DNA of 64,000 nucleotides. It comes from Terriglobia bacterium. GTDB taxonomy: Bacteria > Acidobacteriota > Terriglobia > 20CM-2-55-15. The stretch is from NCBI GenBank assembly GCA_963664115.2, contig CAXWPJ010000010.1, positions 320,001 to 384,000 of the forward strand. Reading direction: 5' to 3'. The notes under the pieces were generated by a model. That model searched no databases. It was not told where the DNA came from and saw nothing but the letters and a program-made list of their open reading frames with translations. This document shows positions 60,729-64,000 of this stretch, in pieces (position 1 is the first letter of the stretch; the number at the start of each line of letters is the position of its first letter). The translations under genes were made by a program, and so were the position numbers.

Positions 60729-60783
60729 GGCGGAGTTTTCCGCTTACAGACTACTAAGAGGTTCTGCTTCGAGGAGGTGGGTC

Positions 60784-61191
60784 TTGGATATTCGGCGAAT
60801 ATTAGTTGTTGTGGCAGTTGTTGTGACGGTGTTCTCCGTGCTCGGTGGCGTGGCTGTGGCGCACCACGTCCGTGCCGCTTACAGCAGGGAAGATGTGACG
60901 ATGGAGGGAACCGTTACCGACTTCATATGGAGAAACCCGCACGCCCAAGTGGTGTTTGAGGTGAAGGATGCGGATGGAAAAGTCGTCGAGTGGAGGGGCG
61001 AATATTCGTCCGTGACCTCGATGATGGCAGCGGGCATGACTCGAAACACTTTCAAGCCGGGAGATGTCATCCGGTTCGAGGCGAGGGTGGCGACGTCGGG
61101 GGCGCCTTATGCTGTGCTGGGTGCAGCCTGGAGAGCCGATGGCACGCTGATTGTCCAGGGCGACTACACAGACCTAACTCGCGGAAATTGA
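60784..61191 (+). CDS. Secreted DUF6152-like OB-fold protein
   Basis: RBS GAGGAGG; signal peptide then AHH...GTVTDFIWRNPH...W.GE...FKPGD. Confidence 0.75.
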   Translation: MDIRRILVVVAVVVTVFSVLGGVAVAHHVRAAYSREDVTMEGTVTDFIWRNPHAQVVFEVKDADGKVVEWRGEYSSVTSMMAAGMTRNTFKPGDVIRFEARVATSGAPYAVLGAAWRADGTLIVQGDYTDLTRGN

Positions 61192-61296
61192 TTCGGTTGT
61201 TCTTCGGTACTGGTGTTGGTTCTGTCAACTTACGGTGCGAAAGTCGAAATTGTACCGATTAGGCAAGTGCCTTTTTGGGATACCCTCAGACGTTTC

Positions 61297-61359
61297 GGGA
61301 CAGTAGGTCGTTCGGCTTCACATGCAGGAAGTCATCGGTTCAAATCCGGTCGGTCCCAC
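61297..61359 (+). pseudogene. tRNA-Val(CAC)-like relic / att-site fragment
   Basis: Anticodon loop TTCACAT, T-arm ATCGG-TTCAAAT-CCGGT, acceptor 3' CGGTCCCA; D-arm missing. Confidence 0.6.
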
Positions 61360-61446
61360 TTTTGTGTTCAAAATAGGTTACCGGCACACAATGCATTCGC
61401 GAAAACCCCGCTTGTAGCCCGTCAAATCATTTCGTACAGAATCAGC

Positions 61447-61565
61447 TGAAACTCTAAGAGACACTTTCCTGATCGGAGGATCGAATGAACGAAAAAGTGT
61501 CTGCAGAAGATTGAGTGAGTGAGATTCGTCGAAAGACTCGAATGAAGTACTCGTCCGAGGAGAAG
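61447..61565 (+). mobile_element. IS3-family left-end relic
   Basis: TG-starting end, RBS, then MNEKVSAED*VSEIRRKTRMKYSSEEK (orfA-like N-terminus with a stop, truncated). Confidence 0.55.
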
Positions 61566-61693
61566 GGGACCTGTCAAGTCACTTCGTGAAGTTCTCGCTG
61601 CCCTCTACCAGCGCTAGAGTCAATCGACATTGTCCCAGCTCGGAACTACTGATATCGGACACTGCCAAAACGGACGGGATTGGCTTTGCTGCG

Positions 61694-61888
61694 TTACGCG
61701 CCCTTTGGTTCGGGGATCTCAAGATTCCGACAGATCTTGCGAACGAGGAAGTCGTTGATCTCGCGATGCCGGGGCACCGTAGACACCTTGCTCCGCGAGC
61801 GGTTCACATAGACCGAGTGATTTCCATCTTCGCGAAGCAATTCGCAACTATGTTGTTTCAAATGTCGGACGACGTCGCGGCGTTTCAC
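61694..61888 (-). CDS. HicA family toxin
   Basis: MKRRDVVRHL...REDGNHSVY...VPRH.EI pattern. Confidence 0.88.
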   Translation of the reverse strand: MKRRDVVRHLKQHSCELLREDGNHSVYVNRSRSKVSTVPRHREINDFLVRKICRNLEIPEPKGA

Positions 61889-62109
61889 TCAGACACGAGT
61901 TCGAAGGGTTCCCGGATGACGAGACGATTTTCGAGGCTCTCTTCGGCAAGTACGCGGTTCGTTTCAAGCACCAACTCTACGGCCTCCTGGAGATTTGATC
62001 GAACCTCTCGAAGAGTGGCCCCTTGCGTATTTGCACCGGGCAGTTCCTCAACGAACCCGATATAGCCCTCGGGCACTTTTTCGAAGATCGCCGTCAGTTT
62101 CAGAGTCAT
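61885..62109 (-). CDS. HicB family antitoxin (short form)
   Basis: GYIGFVEELPGANTQGATL.E...NL.EA motif. Confidence 0.88.
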   Translation of the reverse strand: MTLKLTAIFEKVPEGYIGFVEELPGANTQGATLREVRSNLQEAVELVLETNRVLAEESLENRLVIREPFELVSE

Positions 62110-62282
62110 GATGAATATCCTTGATCCATATTCTACACCCCAGCCGCGATCACTCCGTCATCGGCATCGCTCAATTTTCACCTAAACTACGAACCGGCAT
62201 TTTCCTGCCGCCTGCAAGCAATCAGCGCGTCCGCGCCGCCGAGCCGGGTATTTCCACCGCTCTGTGACCCTCCGATTTCCTC

Positions 62283-62615
62283 TTACATCCCCAAGCGATC
62301 CAGAAACCGGCGCATCCCCGCCGGGTGGATTCCAAGAACGATGGCTGCATCCCGGTGGTTTCCTCTCGTGAGTTCCAGGATGCCTCCGACGAACTTGCGC
62401 TTGGCCTGGAGGACGGCCTCTTCGAGTGTTTCGGGTTCGGTCTCCCGCACCTTGGGGCCGGCGAGCAGGTTGGCCGGCAGGTCTTCGACGGCGACAGGCT
62501 CGGAGGTGGCGAGCACCATCAGCTGTTCTATGACGTTCTGGAGTTGCCGCACGTTCCCGGGCCAGTCGTAGTTCTGGAACACCCGGAACACCTCCGGTGA
62601 CAGCGTGCGTGCTGC
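62283..62615 (-). pseudogene. C-terminal fragment of a sigma-54 activator (AAA lid + Fis-type HTH)
   Basis: RTLSPEVFRVFQNYDWPGNVRQLQNVIE...GN...AA..LGI; no ATPase core upstream. Confidence 0.7.
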
Positions 62616-62789
62616 GTCAGACCAGCGGCATCAGCCCACTTGATGCACTTCGCTACGATTGATGTCGGTAGTGGACAGAAATTGCGGAACCGTTTACAAC
62701 ACTGCTTCTTGAAAAAATGCGGGCGTGTGCCGCGTGGACGGTTCGCCGGTTAACCAGCCAGGCGACCTGCGTCATGACTCCAGGTTCCC

Positions 62790-64000
62790 CTAAGGCAGTG
62801 GGTGATCTCTTGGAACTCTGACGACATAGGTTCCGGCGATCTTGTCGTGCCACGACTGCCGTTCGGGATCTGTCAGGATCCAGAACCAGCCCAAGCCGAG
62901 TACCACGGCGGAGAAGATGCTTGAGAGACCGCGGACGAAAGCGTCCGTAAAGCGCAGTGGGTGTCCATCGATCCTGACAACGCGTAGTTGGCAGATGATG
63001 CCGCCGACGGTTGTGGTCTTCCAACTCCAGAACGCGATGTGGTATGCGAGCAGAAGCACGAAGAATGCCCCGCCGTTGCTGAACACCAGGAGGCTGTTTA
63101 GAATCGCGACCAAAAGCAGGTCGAGGACGAAGGCGCCCGCCCGGATCAGGAAGGTCGCGCGTGGGAATAAGGTCAGATCCGTCGCTGCGGTTGCCGCTTC
63201 GGAAGCGGGCGACTCTGAAAATGACGGGTCCGACTCTGTCGACCTCGTTTCATCTGTGTGGGGAGTTCCCTGAGGCTCTCGTGATATCCCTTCTCCGGGG
63301 GGTGGAGGCGGCGGACTCGTCAGATTGGGATTTTCGTTGCGCAGTCCATCGGCCAGGCTGATTGAAGCTGCGCCGACCGCGAAAACACCCAGGCTCGCCG
63401 AGGCAACAAATCCGATAATGGGGACCATGAACGCGAGAACGATTAACCCGAATCCTACAAGCATAGAACCCGCCGCCTGAAGGCGGTTTCCGCCCCCGTC
63501 GGGACGCACCATTGTGTCGCCAATCCACCGGGCAACGGCCACGCTGCCCAAAAGGCCGGCAGCGGCCAGCGCCGCCCAGAGGAAGGGAATGATCGCCAAT
63601 CCGATGACCGATACCATCAGGATGAACGACGCCGGTCCGATCAGAAGCAATACCAGCAAGCCAACGAGGAACGTGGTCAGCGGCTTCCGTCCGAGAGTCT
63701 GAACGCAGGCTCTTACCGGTCCGTCAAAGAGAAGGTTCAGGCCAAGATACAGGGCCAACAAGACAGCCACAAGACTCCAGACCCAGGCGAGTTCGGGGAC
63801 AATGAGTCTGCCCCAAAAAAGACCGCGGGTTACCCAGGGAACCGCGGCTGCAAGCAAAGCGGTGCCGCCGAAGATGTTACCCATGATCACCTGATCGCCG
63901 CCGGGCGCGAACCCGGCCGGGCTGTCGATCACGCCGGCGATGACCACCATATCGCCGGCCACGGTGGCCCCGGGGAGGATTGTGAGGTTTCCGCCTATCA
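62790..64000 (-). CDS. RDD-domain membrane protein; N-terminus beyond the window edge
   Basis: C-terminal RAGAFVLD...TVGG...LRVV...RQSWHDKIAGTYVV; multiple TMs. Confidence 0.8.
   Translation of the reverse strand, partial: IGGNLTILPGATVAGDMVVIAGVIDSPAGFAPGGDQVIMGNIFGGTALLAAAVPWVTRGLFWGRLIVPELAWVWSLVAVLLALYLGLNLLFDGPVRACVQTLGRKPLTTFLVGLLVLLLIGPASFILMVSVIGLAIIPFLWAALAAAGLLGSVAVARWIGDTMVRPDGGGNRLQAAGSMLVGFGLIVLAFMVPIIGFVASASLGVFAVGAASISLADGLRNENPNLTSPPPPPPGEGISREPQGTPHTDETRSTESDPSFSESPASEAATAATDLTLFPRATFLIRAGAFVLDLLLVAILNSLLVFSNGGAFFVLLLAYHIAFWSWKTTTVGGIICQLRVVRIDGHPLRFTDAFVRGLSSIFSAVVLGLGWFWILTDPERQSWHDKIAGTYVVRVPRDHPLP

Noticed and set aside
59431-60783. 586-aa plus-strand ORF 59431-61191
   Set aside because: Mostly the antisense shadow of the IS1380 transposase; only 60784-61191 has an RBS and a recognisable protein.
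61297-61359. Functional tRNA-Val
   Set aside because: The D-arm is absent, the anticodon stem is mismatched and the total length is too short.

Overview
A 64-kb, roughly 58% GC window from a diderm bacterium; gene content and order suggest Acidobacteriota (inference). Bases 1-49,200 are mostly housekeeping genes: ptsI/HPr/EIIA-rapZ-hpf-rpoN-lptB, a two-gene microcompartment satellite, rodZ-uvrA, miaA-hfq-hflX, lolCD-clpC-bamA-skp-fabZ-lpxA-lpxI, typA, ribH-nusB-lysS and wecB. Bases 49,200-62,600 are accessory: a Uma2 nuclease, a double-glycine two-peptide bacteriocin-like cluster with its own regulators and a frameshifted exporter, IS1380, a tRNA relic and hicBA. Five non-routine signals stand out. 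(1) There are 14 copies of a terminal-inverted-repeat element (TCACCGCAAAGRCGCAAAG...CTTTGCGYCTTTGCGGT); one copy encloses an intact GxxExxY PD-(D/E)XK nuclease gene, a candidate autonomous/non-autonomous mobile system. (2) Three dispersed copies of a 166-192-nt covarying multi-hairpin element have apical loops that all read GGA on one strand. (3) The double-Gly peptide pair is anionic. (4) Integrase-less toxin/nuclease cassettes are bracketed by direct repeats, including a duplicated typA 3' end. (5) There is an orphan DnaA-box cluster and a long-HPF gene with a decayed C-terminal domain. All calls were made by eye, with no database searches.
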